Below are positions 51,901 through 64,000 of a stretch of 64,000 bases of DNA, piece after piece (within the stretch, counting starts at the first letter, position 1; each line of letters opens with the position of its first letter). Where the stretch lies: the NCBI RefSeq assembly GCF_009914755.1, contig NC_060928.1, one strand, 5' to 3'. This DNA is from the human T2T-CHM13v2.0 reference genome, Homo sapiens. A program made the translations under genes and the position numbers. The notes under the pieces are model-generated. The model worked only from the letters and a program-made list of their open reading frames with translations. It did not search any database and was not told the DNA's origin.

Positions 51901-53149
51901 CGTATCTAAATAAATCCCTGGTGGTTACCAGGTGAATATAAATAAGTGTGTATATGCATACATACATTCATACATATATAATATTCGAACACAATTGAGG
52001 CATTTTGACATAAATCCAAAAAATTCCTTTTATATTTTAGAGGTAAATAAGCCTTTAAAAGTATTTATTAAATGTACTTGGGAGGATTTATTCAAAAAAG
52101 ACTATCAATTATATTAAATAAAAGCCATTCAATACGCCAAGCTATATATAGATGTCTCCATAGTGGGTGAAGATGTGTCATTTATCTTTTAAGATAATTA
52201 TGCAAACTATATTGAGCCCACACATCCTGAGCTGGGAAATGACTTTTACATCTTTCTCCTCATTTATAAATCTTTTCCAACAGAAGTTATGCAAGATTCA
52301 GACTGGTCAGCACAGAGCTGGATTTTGGTGGTCCCTTTACAATAGGAGAGAATCCATTTTCCTCCTTAGGGTCTTTCTTTTCTTTAACGAAGGCATACAG
52401 AGCACTCAGCACATTCCCAGAGCTTCTTAGAATTTTTCCCTTGAGAGATCTCAGGAAATATGAGGAAAAACAACTTCAAAAAAATTAATGAAAGGCCTAT
52501 CACTGTCTGCCTTTCTCTCTTTTAATCCCTGCCCTATCCTTTCTACTTTCTAGAAGTGTAGTGCCCCTTCAGTTTCAAACATTTTTCCTCTCCTTAAATT
52601 CCCAAGGTGGGATGCCCTTTTCTGGCACTCCGTCTATGAAAGGGACAGGGAAAAGATCTTATAGAAACTGAACCCTGACACGGGGCTTATTTTCCTAAGG
52701 ACCAAAACATAAAAGGACAGGGTGGGACCATGGAAGGATTAATTTCAGGCAAGGGCAGCCTGTGGAGAGTGAGAAATCTGAAAAGGCTCTAGGCTTCTAT
52801 GGGCATTCCCCTCCACTTCTTCTGCCTGCTGCCAGATGACTCTCACATGTGAATCCTTATTTCCTCAGGAATGCGGATCAGGGTTTGGCAAGTATGTTTT
52901 CAGTAAATAATTGCTGAATGTTCAACGCTTAAAGGCAGAAGCATAACTTTGAGTGTGCACAGTAATCACTGAAAATGATTCTGTACTCACCGTTTTGATG
53001 CAAATGCAAATTCTCATAGCCCCTGCACTGACTCCGTGGGTCACCTGTGAGTAACTCTAGCCAAAAGCCACGCACAAGCCCTGGTCTGCCTCCAGGCAGC
53101 AGACCACAACACAGTGCCCTGAGTGCACCTGCACACACCCATGGGCACA

Positions 53150-53563
53150 CATTAAACCCATAAACGGCGGGTTATGCTAACGTGTACTTCCTTCCTCACT
53201 GCCTCACCTTGTTCATTTTCCTTTTTCCCCACCCCTCACCCCATACAATAGGATTTTTGTTTGCTTCAGTAGCATGTGACAGCACAGTCCCTGCTTTGCC
53301 TAGCTCTGTGCTGCAAGTCTCTCAGGTAACAGGTGGCAGCTTCCCCTGTTGGATTCTAGGTTTAAAAAAGAATGACCTCATGTGGGTGGAGCTCTGGGAC
53401 TTCGTAGAGGTGGTGGCAGTCACAGCCAGGTAACCCTGGAGTGAAGCGGTTTAGTTAGAAGGGAGCAGATAAACTCGTCACTCTAGTAGCTTTAACCCTC
53501 ACCCTGAGGCACCTTAGCAATCAGCCATTGCCTGCAAGCCTCCAAAGCTTGTCTTTGCCTAAT
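53150..53563 (+). promoter_or_regulatory. Putative ARHGEF38 proximal promoter / 5' UTR (not a CpG island)
   Basis: Repeat-free, moderately GC-richer sequence immediately 5' of the ATG. The exact TSS cannot be read from sequence. Confidence 0.5.
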
Positions 53564-53759
53564 ATGGAGCCCAAAGAAGCCACTGGGAAAGAAAACATGG
53601 TCACCAAGAAAAAGAATCTGGCCTTCTTGAGGTCTAGACTCTATATGCTGGAGAGAAGGAAGACTGACACTGTGGTTGAGAGCAGTGTTTCTGGGGACCA
53701 CTCTGGCACCTTGAGGAGGAGCCAATCTGACAGGACCGAATACAACCAGAAATTACAAG
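53564..53759 (+). CDS. ARHGEF38: ARHGEF38 (Rho guanine nucleotide exchange factor 38), first coding exon; 65 codons + 1 nt, phase-1 intron follows
   Basis: MEPKEATGKENMVTKKKNLAFLRSRLYMLERRKTDTVVESSVSGDHSGTLRRSQSDRTEYNQKLQ matches the ARHGEF38 N-terminus as I recall it. Kozak AATATGG; donor AAG|GTAACC at 53759/53760. No further coding exon recognised in the window. Confidence 0.93.
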
Positions 53760-55000
53760 GTAACCAAAAAGAAATCAATTGTCCCAGTTACTGCACTCCC
53801 AGCTCCATTTCTGCTACGTTTCCAATTGCAAAGAAAACACACAAGGCAGAGGGGAAAATTGAATACCACCTCTCCTTCCCACAAAATAAGAAGATGAAAG
53901 TAAATGTGACCTATAAATTATAGGGAAAAAAATTTATTACGTGATTCAATGTTAAAGAGTCAATTCCGAATTACTCTTAATATTGCTGTGTTTTTCTTTT
54001 TTTTTTCCTGGTGAGGGTAATCATTTTTCTTCTAACTTCCTCTTTTCTTCTCCCTTCTCTACCCAACTTAAGAAGTGGGAAACACTGGAAAGCAAATGAG
54101 TTAGAAACCTACAAAAGATTGTTTATCTCAATGGGTAGATATGTGATATTACACCATGAGATATATCTAGGTAATGGTACTGAACTATGATTGTGGTTAT
54201 CTTAAATAGGGGCATGAAACTATAATCGTGTCTGTGACAAAGAAGGAATGTTATAGTCAGAGAGACGGTATAAAAAGATTTGCTGAAATTCACTTAGGTG
54301 ATTATTTCCTTTGAGTAAATTGAATAATACTCAAATATGGTAAGAAATGTTTAGCATGCTTATTTTGAATGACATTTGAGGAAATAACTTCAGTTTATTT
54401 TGTGATGGTACAAAGATAATTTGGCACAGTTATGATAGCACATCATTTGTTTCAGGGCCTTAATCTATATCCTGTCCTATCTATTCTTTCTTTCTCTCCT
54501 GTTTCCTGAAGGTCATTTGTTCTAGTAAAATTTCATTTTGATGTTGATATTGGGCAGCATTTTAAGTCTTTTCTTCGGTACTTGTTATGTGGTCCTCCAG
54601 AACTTGCCTCTCCTGATTTTAGCACAAGGTGTGTCTGAACTCTCATCATCCCACTGTGAGCTGTCGTTTTGGATTTAAAAACTATGATGAGGTCAGAAAG
54701 ACCGATAGGACATGCTTATATTTAACAAATCTCTTTCCACAAATATGAGCTTAGATTTAGTTATGCAAATTAATTAAGTTAAATAAGTTAAATTAAATGC
54801 ATTTAAATTAAATCTAAAAATTATTACTATAAGTTAATGTGTAAAAATAAAAAAAAAATTACCAGTAGTTCAGCACTAAAGCACAGCATCAATCTTATCC
54901 TCAAATACTTTTTTTTTTAAATGAGGGAGAGCATTGTTTAATCTTTGAAATTAATTTTTCTCCAAGCAATAGATACATTGGAAAGAATGGATGTCTTAAA

Positions 55001-55381
55001 ATTTCAACTTTTATTTTAGATTCAGGGGGTATATATGTGTGTTTGTTACTTGCGTATTTTGTGTGATGCTGCGATTTGGGGTACAAATGATCTCATCACC
55101 TGGGTACTGAGCATAGTACCCAGTAGGTGGTTTTTCAGCCCTTGCCTCTGTCCGTTTCTCGCCACTCCAGTAGTCCCCAGTATCTATTGTTGCCACCTTT
55201 ATGTCCATGTATGTCTAATGTTTAGCTCTCACTCATAAGTGAGAACATGCAGTATTTGGTTTTCTGTTCCAGCATTAATTTGCTTAGGTTAATGGCCTCC
55301 GGTTGTATCCATGTTGCTGTAAAGGACATGATTTTGTTCTTTCTTCTGGCTGTGTAGTATTCCATGATGAATATGTACCAT
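55001..55381 (-). mobile_element. L1PA15/16-like 3' end
   Basis: TTTTAGATTCAGGGGGTA...CTGAGCATAGTACCC...TAAGTGAGAACATGCAG. Confidence 0.85.
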
Positions 55382-55409
55382 GAGAATTTAAAATCATACA
55401 CATTTAGTT

Positions 55410-55580
55410 TCTAAACCTGGTTCTTCAACTTACTACCAATTAGAACTTGAGCAAATTACTTGAAATATCTGAGCCTCAATTTTCCTGTCTGTGAAAGTGG
55501 GACTAATGATACTTGCCACATAGTGTTGTTGGGAGATTGAAATTAGATAATTACATAAAACATCTAGTATACTGGCTGAT
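55410..55580 (+). mobile_element. MIR
   Basis: CTTGAGCAAATTACTT...TCTGAGCCTCAATTTTCC core. Confidence 0.65.
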
Positions 55581-58257
55581 AAATTTTAGGAATAATGGGT
55601 ACCATAATGATAAAACAGAACTTGCCCAATATTAATAGAAGTTTGTATACCTTATTTCTCTTTTTCAATTCTTTTTTGTCCTTTGATAAAGAGACCACAT
55701 CTAGAAATTCAGGAAAAGCCCATTGCTTTATCCCTAATGACGTGTTTTTTTCTGTCTGAGTTTCACTAATTCAGCATCTATCAGAGTCTCCATTAGCAAA
55801 ATAAAAACAGAAAATAATTTTTGCTATTCACAAATTTTTGCTTACTAAATTTTCCTAAAAAAATAAGTCTATGACCACACAAGAGAGCAGACATGGGTTG
55901 GTTACCTTGCAGAAGACCTCAGACTTCTTACGCACTTCATTTGATTTGTGGCTTTCCTGTGCTCTGTTGGATTCTTTGAAGGTGGAAGGCAAAACTCAGC
56001 AGTTAATACATGCTTCTAGTCTGTGCTTGAGAAAAATCACCAAGAAGTATAGAGGAGCACATAAGCCATAAAGATAGGCTGGCCTCCTGAGAAGTAACAT
56101 CTTAAAAACGTAACCCTTAAAAGAATCCAAGTCTGATTATCGAACGCCTAATAGAGCTTTTAGCATGGTTCGACTAGAACAGGGAAGGCGACAAGGGAAG
56201 GCATTTTCTCATTAATGTTCAAAGCAATCAGTTCTGTGCGTTTGTTCTCTGGCCTGTACGATACCCATTATTATGCAGATGAGTCCTAAATCACCTTAAG
56301 AAGCTCTTTATTATTCAAATGCCGAGAGATTTTCCTCTCCCTTTCTTGGAACTGGTGGTCCCTGGGAGGCACTGAATAAACACCTGGACTGGTTAGAGCC
56401 CTCAGATAGATGGCCTAAAGCTCTTGTGAGGTCAAAGAGTGCTTTCAAATACTGGAATTTCTGGCAACACCACATTCCTCAAATTATTTAGCTGGTTATT
56501 TAATTAGTTATTTAATTGGTTGTCCTTCAATGCTATATTACCTGAGTAAAATTCACTGCTCTAACTCTCTGGGGAAGCAAGTTCTCTGGGTTCCGTAAAA
56601 TGTAAGATTTTTCTTTGGTGCTCTTGAGCTTGTCTTTTAACTCATGATACCTAGTCTATCTGTTCAATTCAATTTCTCACATCACTTTAGTAGCATGAAA
56701 CTTAAGTTGTAATAACAATTTTAAAAATGGTACACTGGCTGAATTAAAACGATAGAACATGGCTCTAACCAGGACATCCTAAAACCTTTGCAGAAGATTG
56801 TGATCACATCAACATAGTCATTCCTACTAAGCCTGGAGTTGTATAATAATAGAAAGGCCACCCTTAGGCTCCCTTACTCCTTGAACAGATTAATTCAGTT
56901 GACTAGCATTTATTGAATATGTTATACCTTGTTCTTTGAAATTAATTTTTCTCAAGGCCCTTGATACATTGGAAAGAATACAAATTGTAAAATCATACAC
57001 ATTTGGTAAATTGACATTTATTGAATGTTTTAGATGCTGTGTCTTGAGGGTTACAATGAACAGCAAAAACAGAATATGTGCCAGGAATTACAACTACAAA
57101 ATCATCAAGAAAACATGTCTGACCTTTACTCCAAAGAGGCTCAAAGTCTGGTTGGGAAAGATAAGACAGGTAAACAAATAAATACAATAAAGTGGCATGA
57201 TAGAAGTGGAGGTAGGATCAGTGGGTCCACAAAAGGAGGAAACGGTCTATTCAGGACTGCATGAAGGAGGTTGTCAGAAAATGGTGTCTCTAAGAAATGG
57301 TAAGGGTAGGGATGAGGGAAGGTACAGGTAAGAGAATGGCATTTTAACCTCTTCACTGTATTTAGCTCTGTCTGAAATGGTTTTTGTTTCCTTGTTTATC
57401 ACCTGTTATTGACTGTTGTTCCCCTCCCTTTTCTCTCCCTCCCCGCTCATACACCATGAAAGAAACCCTATCTGTCTTGTTAACTGTTGCATCTCAGCAG
57501 CCCAGAATACAGTAAACACTCAGTAACTGTTAAATAGAGTGAATGACTTGAATGATCAGGCCCAAGCAGGAAACTGGTGTGAAGAAAGACACCATGGCCT
57601 GAAATAAGAGCCATTGTATTTATCTAAATATGTGAGGACACATGTTTCTATCAGAAAGATGATTCTTCAGTTAAATGAACATCAGAGATTAAAATGTACA
57701 GAATTTATATAATAAGTAATTCTTAGTGGAAGCCTGTTTCATTCCCAACTCGACCTTTCAGAGCACACAACAACCATATTTCAAAAATTCCTCTTCTATT
57801 AGTGACAAGAGCCATCTTAACTTCCACTAGCTCAATTCCTCATTTCCATTCTACTGGGAGCCATAGAAATTACCTAAATACAAGAAATTTAGAGGTTGAG
57901 TTGTAAAAACTCAGAAAGGGTTTCATAAATACTTATATACATGATCTCTACATTTGAAATATGCCTAATTTAAATAGTTATACAGAACTGTGTCTGTGCA
58001 TATGCAGATATATATGTGTATATATATGTGTGTATATATATATATCTCCAGTATGTAGATATAGATATACATGTATGTACTTGTATGTGTTCGTGTGTGT
58101 ACTTGAGACACTTTTTTGCAATGATTAGACTTTTTATTGAAAGTTACTATAAAATTTGAAGAACAAAAAGAACAAAAGTTTACTAACATTCAGGAGTCTT
58201 TTCTGAAAACCATATATGAATTATATCACTGACATTATAGGTTTCCTCTCAGTATGG

Positions 58258-58647
58258 GTACTATGGACTGAATGTTTGTATTCCTCTAAAATTCCTATGT
58301 GAAACCTAATCCCCAATGTGACAGTATTAGGAGGTGGGGTCTTTGGGAGGTAATTAGGTATTGAGGGTGAAGCTTTGGTGAATGGGATTAGTGACCCTTA
58401 AAAAAAAAAAAAAAGGCAAGAGAGAGCTTGCTTCTCTCTGCTCTCAGCCATGTCAGGATACAAGAAGGTGGCCATGTGCAAACCAGGGAGTGGGCTCTCA
58501 GCAGGAATAAGATCTTCCGCATTAGGAATAAGATCAACTTGATTCTGGATTTTCTAGCCTGCAGAACTGTGAAAAATAAATTTTTGGTAAACTTAAGCCA
58601 CCTAATCTCTAATATATTTGTTATAGCAGCCCAAACCAACCAAGACG
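58258..58647 (+). mobile_element. MLT1A-type MaLR LTR
   Basis: CTATGGACTGAATGTTTGT...GTATTAGGAGGTGGGG...TTTGTTATAGCAGCCC. Confidence 0.8.
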
Positions 58648-61600
58648 GGTCGGTTACCTTTATCCTCTATGGCCACACTAAACTTCTGGTTAATTTTCTG
58701 GCCAGTGCATATTTTTGTTTATCCAACACCAGGTGAAAAGGTGAGAATACATGGGTAAAATGCTATTACCCATTACCACTGCCGGTAACACAAGGCAAAA
58801 ATTACGTCTCCATTTCTTAGTGTGTCTGTGGTACTTTCTATTTTTGCAAAGGCTATTGTATCATTCTAATTAAGAAAGGTTATCTTTATGAGACCCAAAG
58901 TTGTCTTAATATGGTGCGAAAGATGAACCACCCTACTGTATGAACTTTATACAAAATAACAGATTGTGCCATGTGGGGACAAGTGGCTCAAATAATAAAT
59001 TAGACTTGGTAAGACTATGAGGGCATTTAATTTAAAATGTTTTTTAAGAATATAGACAGTCTGTCAGGGAGCAGAAATTAACACTGGAAGACTTGGTGAG
59101 TTTTGTTCAAGGCCAAATGAAGAATGGAGTAAAACAAATTGTCCAGCTTCCTGTGCATGTTTCTATCCCAGTGCTACAAACCCTTTTTGTTCGTGTCTGT
59201 TCTTTGATTAGTGAGTAGCTCCTTCCCCTTTATCTGCCTTCATACACTCTACAGTGAAATGGGAAGTATTTGAATCAGTAATGTGACACCAGTACAAACA
59301 GGTGTGTGTCATAGTTTGAAGGGCAAATCTTTCTAAAAGGCAAGACGCTTTAAAAACTCAGTAACTTTTGTCTTACTGCATATATAGAAACCAGTGTAAA
59401 ACACGGTATTTTACTTTCCTATTTTTTTCAGTAGAGACATCTTGCAGTTTTTAGAAGGACCATTTGTGTCAAATAATGTGTGAGTCACAGAAATTGAGAC
59501 TGTTTGAGCTATTCTACTACTACCATATTGTGATGGGCAAATTTATTCCTATGTTTGACCGATATGACTTTAGGTATAACTTTCTTAAAAGTAGCAAACA
59601 CAATTTCTAGTTGTGCTTTTTTTTTTGTTTATAAAAATTATGGGTTTATCAAAATGAGACATCAAGAGGAAGAAGGAATGAAAGAAAGGAAGGAGAGAGA
59701 GAAGGGGAGGGGAGAGACAGACAGAAACCAAGCAAGCAGCAAGAATGAATAGAAATATACCTTAAAATAGTAATAAAGTTGGAGAAATGATGGGAGAGAG
59801 AAAAGCACCCAAGCCACATTCATCTTTGTTTCTGTTGACACAGGAAAAGAAAAAAAAAAACCTCTGTTTACAGAATTACTTTTTCTTGATGCCATAATCA
59901 TATTAGCATCAGTACCTTTATGAATATTGATTTCCTGATAAAAGTAGAATTATTGCAAGAGTTGCTAAATTTATAAGCAGTATCGTTCTTAGAACCAGTC
60001 AAGACTCAAAGTTATGGCTTATTTGGGAGTCCTACCTTCACTTCTAGACTGTTTCTGAGACTGTGGAATTTTCTGTTCAACAGGCCTCAGTACTGGCTCC
60101 AACATTTGCTTGGACCGCTTCTTATCCCATGCTCTCAAGGGCAGACTGTGGTTGCTGGTGTGCATGCTCTTAGGCCTAAGGCACAATTGATGATGGGGGT
60201 GTTTCTGGAGCTTGATCATGCTGGAGTGTTCAGATCATGTCTACCAGGTTCCTCTGGGTGGGAAAGCTGGTAGAGAGAAGAGTAGGGATTCAAGCCTCAA
60301 GATTAGGTAGGAGTGCGTGTGTCCCATGGTCCCCTGCCAAATTTTGGCATAAAACTCTGAGGGATATGAGAAATCTAAATTAGAAGTTGGCCTTTCAGAT
60401 TGTTATAAAATATATTTATCAAGACAGAAGGAAATATCACATTTTATTTAATAGTTTGCCAGCTTCATTTATAACTTTTAAATATGTAGATCTGGTATGC
60501 TGGCCTCCATCTGTATCCTTGCTCCAGGTCCCACAAAGGAGGCAGCTATGTGTGGTTTTTGACTGTAATCTATTTCAGGATATAACCCTTCTTCTATACT
60601 AGGTTGTGAAAGTAAGAGGGAAGGGGAGGGAAGGAAGAGATTGAGTATTAGTGTTATGTTATCTGCTAGGAGCTATGCTAGCCAGATGCTGTCACACACA
60701 CTGTTACTGAATCCCAACTTCTCTTCTGTTCAGTTCTGATTTTATCATTGAGAAAAATAGGTGGTAGGCCTTGGGTTTGAGATGTCACATGCTTGAAATA
60801 TTTGCAAAATGGAATGAATTTAACTAGTTGACTCAGTAGGTATTTTATACATATGATTTACTAAGAAGTCAAAGCCATTTGATGGTTGCAGCACATGTTT
60901 TGTAATGTGATGACATTTCTCTGCTACCATAATAAAGCTTAACTTGCTGTTTTTCACTTTGGAATATATTTTCTTTCTTTTGACTTATAGTGGCATGTCC
61001 CTGCCAGACTGTCACTGTTTAATAAATACTTTTTTTGTTTAGTTGTCGGGGAACAAAATTACAAAGGTAGGTTAAGCAAAACTGTCTTATAGTAATAGCT
61101 TAATGATCTCCATTTCCTGCTTCATTGCGTATCTTGACACTGAAACTCATCTTTCTTTAATTTTATGCCTGTTGTCATTTATTTGCATCTCAATAAAACT
61201 TAATATATATCAGAATAACTGAGAGTCCTATTCTACAGCAATGAGAGGAGGGAATACATTTGCAAATGAAAAGAATGGAATTATGTGTGGGAAACAAGCA
61301 ACTTTTTATCTGGATAGGTGATATTTCAGTAGAATTGTATGAAGTCAGCTTAAATTGTGAGTCATAACTTAAATGCAGCAGGAACACAGAGTGCTATGAT
61401 TTAAGACTTTGTCCAAGGTTTTCTGAACAATGTTTTTCTTGATTAATGAATCAGAGAATAAATGAATAGTCTAAGATACCTGCACTGAAGCCCTCGATAG
61501 AGGATGCAATCTTAGACTGACATACAATTCTTACTTAAAGAAGAAAACTTAAAGGTCATGTCATCTAGCTACTACTCTAAGTATTGTGAGTCATTATAGC

Positions 61601-61885
61601 ACTTCACAGAAACTGTTTTTCCTGAATGCTTCTTAATGTTAGGTCTCCAGTGTCACTACAAAAAGCCATCACAGATTTCTCCTTCTGTGTTTGTTGTGAA
61701 ATGGTTGATGAAGACATTGTTTACCTCTCTCAGATTTTATTCAATGGAAAGCTGACTCTCCTTAAGAATAAAAACACATCCCCTCCCAGATAAAAACAAG
61801 CAATTTACTATATTTAGCTGCTAGGAGCTTAGGGTCAAATTTGTTTTTGTTCCCTGGCCTTTATATTAACTATTTTGTCTGTCTA

Positions 61886-62190
<305 letters not shown>

Positions 62191-62340
62191 GAGTAGAATA
62201 GAATAGAATAGAATAGAATGGAATAGAATAGAATAGAATAGAATAGAATAGAATAGAATAGAATGGAATAGAATAGAATAGAATAGAATAGAATAGAATA
62301 GAATAGAATAGAATAGAATAGAATAGAATAGAATAGAATA
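62191..62340. repeat. (GAATA)n pentanucleotide microsatellite, 30 units, two GAATG variants
   Basis: Counted directly: first unit GAGTA; GAATG at 62216 and 62261. Confidence 0.97.
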
Positions 62341-62448
62341 GAAAAGTTTCTTTCCCCAGATCTCTGCAAGAGCAGATTTTTATCACTGAAGTCTCTGTTC
62401 GTCTTTTTTGGGAGTCCCTCCCTGACCATCCGACCTAAAGTGATGTAG

Positions 62449-63018
62449 GTAAGGGAATACCTTTCCTCTACCCTCTTAAATTCTGTGACTAGGACCTGTG
62501 AATTGTATAGACAAAAGACATACTAACAAAAGAAAAAGCATACACATTTTACTTGAGGTTAACATTTTTATGTGTCGTAGGAGGCTTTGTAGGAAGAAAG
62601 AAGTAAAAACCTCAAAGAAGCAGTTAGACCTAGGGGTTTACATAACATTTTAACAAAGGTCATAAATTGTGGAGATATGACAAAGCCAAAGTAAAAGAGT
62701 TTAGGGTTGGGGAAAGAAATTGTGGAAAAGTGACTAGGAAATACATGGGAGAAGCTAATGGAAGATAAGGGTTATTTTTGTAAGATTTGTTTGTGTAGAT
62801 TCATCTCTGTGTCAACTCCCTGTCTCTGATGATGAGAATATTCCCTTCTTGGTGATACAGGGAGGGCACTTTTCTCATGGTAAATTTACACTCTGCTTTT
62901 AAGTAAAAAAGGAAAAGGCAGAGAGCCCTTCCTGCATCTGCTATTGAGCATCTCCAGCTCAAAATAATCAATATCCCAAAGTGGCATATTTAGGGATGGT
63001 GTGTTCTGATCCCCCTCA
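62449..63018 (-). mobile_element. MER34-family ERV1 LTR
   Basis: Reverse complement begins TGAGGGGGATCAGAACACACCATCCCTAAATATGCCACTTTGGGATATTGATTATTTTGAGCTG. Confidence 0.7.
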
Positions 63019-63549
63019 GTGGCTTTCATACCATCTATTACTCTATGAAATTATACTACTTCATTCTATTTTTGGCTTTTGCTGTCATTTGAATATAATT
63101 CTCCTTGGGGAAAAAGACTTAGCATTTAAGCAATGCCTGGTATACAGTTATTCTGCTCAATGACTATTTATTGAATGACTTTAAAATATCCAGTGAATAA
63201 TTACAACTATATTGATCCTTATGACATACTTGCTTTTACAATTCTGTCATTTTCACTTTCCCACTATGTAATGGTAGTTAACTTTCAGTTAATTTCTTTA
63301 CATTCTTTTTCTGTAAAGAAAGATTATAAATAAATAAATTTAATTAAAGAAGAGACTAGAAAGAGTTTCCTGGCCAAGAAAAATAGGATCTCTTTTTAAA
63401 TGAATTTATTCAACAAATATTTGCTAGGTATTCGTATGTGCCAGGTATGACTAGGTCCTAAGAATGTTTTTTAAAATATCAGAAGCACACCCAGCCCACT
63501 GAGTGAGACAGGTTGTGAACAAATTATTGCAGTAATGTAACAAGGGCCT

Positions 63550-63973
63550 GAAGTATACTGCAAATTGGGTTTCCGACTTGCAAATTCTGAAATAGAGATT
63601 CGGGTGGAGGGGAATTATTAGGCAACATTCTGTGACCACCACCTGGGGAAGAAAAGGGAAGGACATAAGCCTGGGCACAGGGAGAGGCCGAGCTGTGATG
63701 TGGTCTCATTGGAAGCTTTAGCCAACTCTGAGGGAAGTTCTGAAGACAGATGATTTTTTGGAGTTGTCTCCAGTGTTGTGAAGGACCTGGGCCCTTGTAT
63801 CACACTTTACGTTTGGGGATGTGGCTATCTTGGGAAAAGGCATGGCCTGAGAGGTGCTTTCATCTGAGATAATTCCTAAAGAGGGCATATCTGCTGGTTG
63901 CACTCCCGGCAGCTGAAATAATAATTTATCCCTTCCTTTAAGGGGAACGGGTGCTAACATGGCATCCACCACA
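63550..63973 (-). mobile_element. ERVL LTR (LTR16/LTR33-like)
   Basis: GGGCACAGGGAGAGGCCGAGCTGTGATG...TTAGCCAACTCTGAGGGAAGTTCTGAAG; ends CCACCACA. Confidence 0.5.
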
Positions 63974-64000
63974 TATTAAGTGGTTATTATTATTAGAGAC

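Noticed and set aside
53528-53923. 131-aa single-exon ORF
   Set aside because: It starts at a TTG and reads through the splice donor into the intron; the real coding part is 53564-53759.

Overview
Primate (human-like) nuclear DNA, AT-rich and dominated by interspersed repeats; nothing prokaryotic (no operons, rRNA, tRNA or CRISPR). The only supported functional coding sequence is the first coding exon of ARHGEF38 (+, ATG 53564, splice donor after 53759); everything after it is intron 1. From recall, this places the window upstream of ARHGEF38 at human 4q24. The upstream intergenic region holds two recognisable processed pseudogenes (PIMREG/FAM64A, minus; ATP5F1E, plus, absent from the ORF track) and a third, unidentified decayed reading frame (5006-5275, minus). 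Repeats include a twin-primed L1PA2-type element inside an SVA_A-type element, a 4.9 kb L1PB1-type element, many Alus, an HSMAR2 mariner relic, MER/Tigger DNA elements, MaLR/ERV LTRs, L2 and MIR. I found no evidence of a new biological system. The best leads are the unidentified retrocopy candidate, several templated-insertion or fold-back repair scars, a candidate divergent spliced lncRNA, and a TAGAA/TGGAA Alu-tail repeat in ARHGEF38 intron 1. Gene and repeat-subfamily names come from my recall of consensus sequences, and boundaries of old repeats are approximate.
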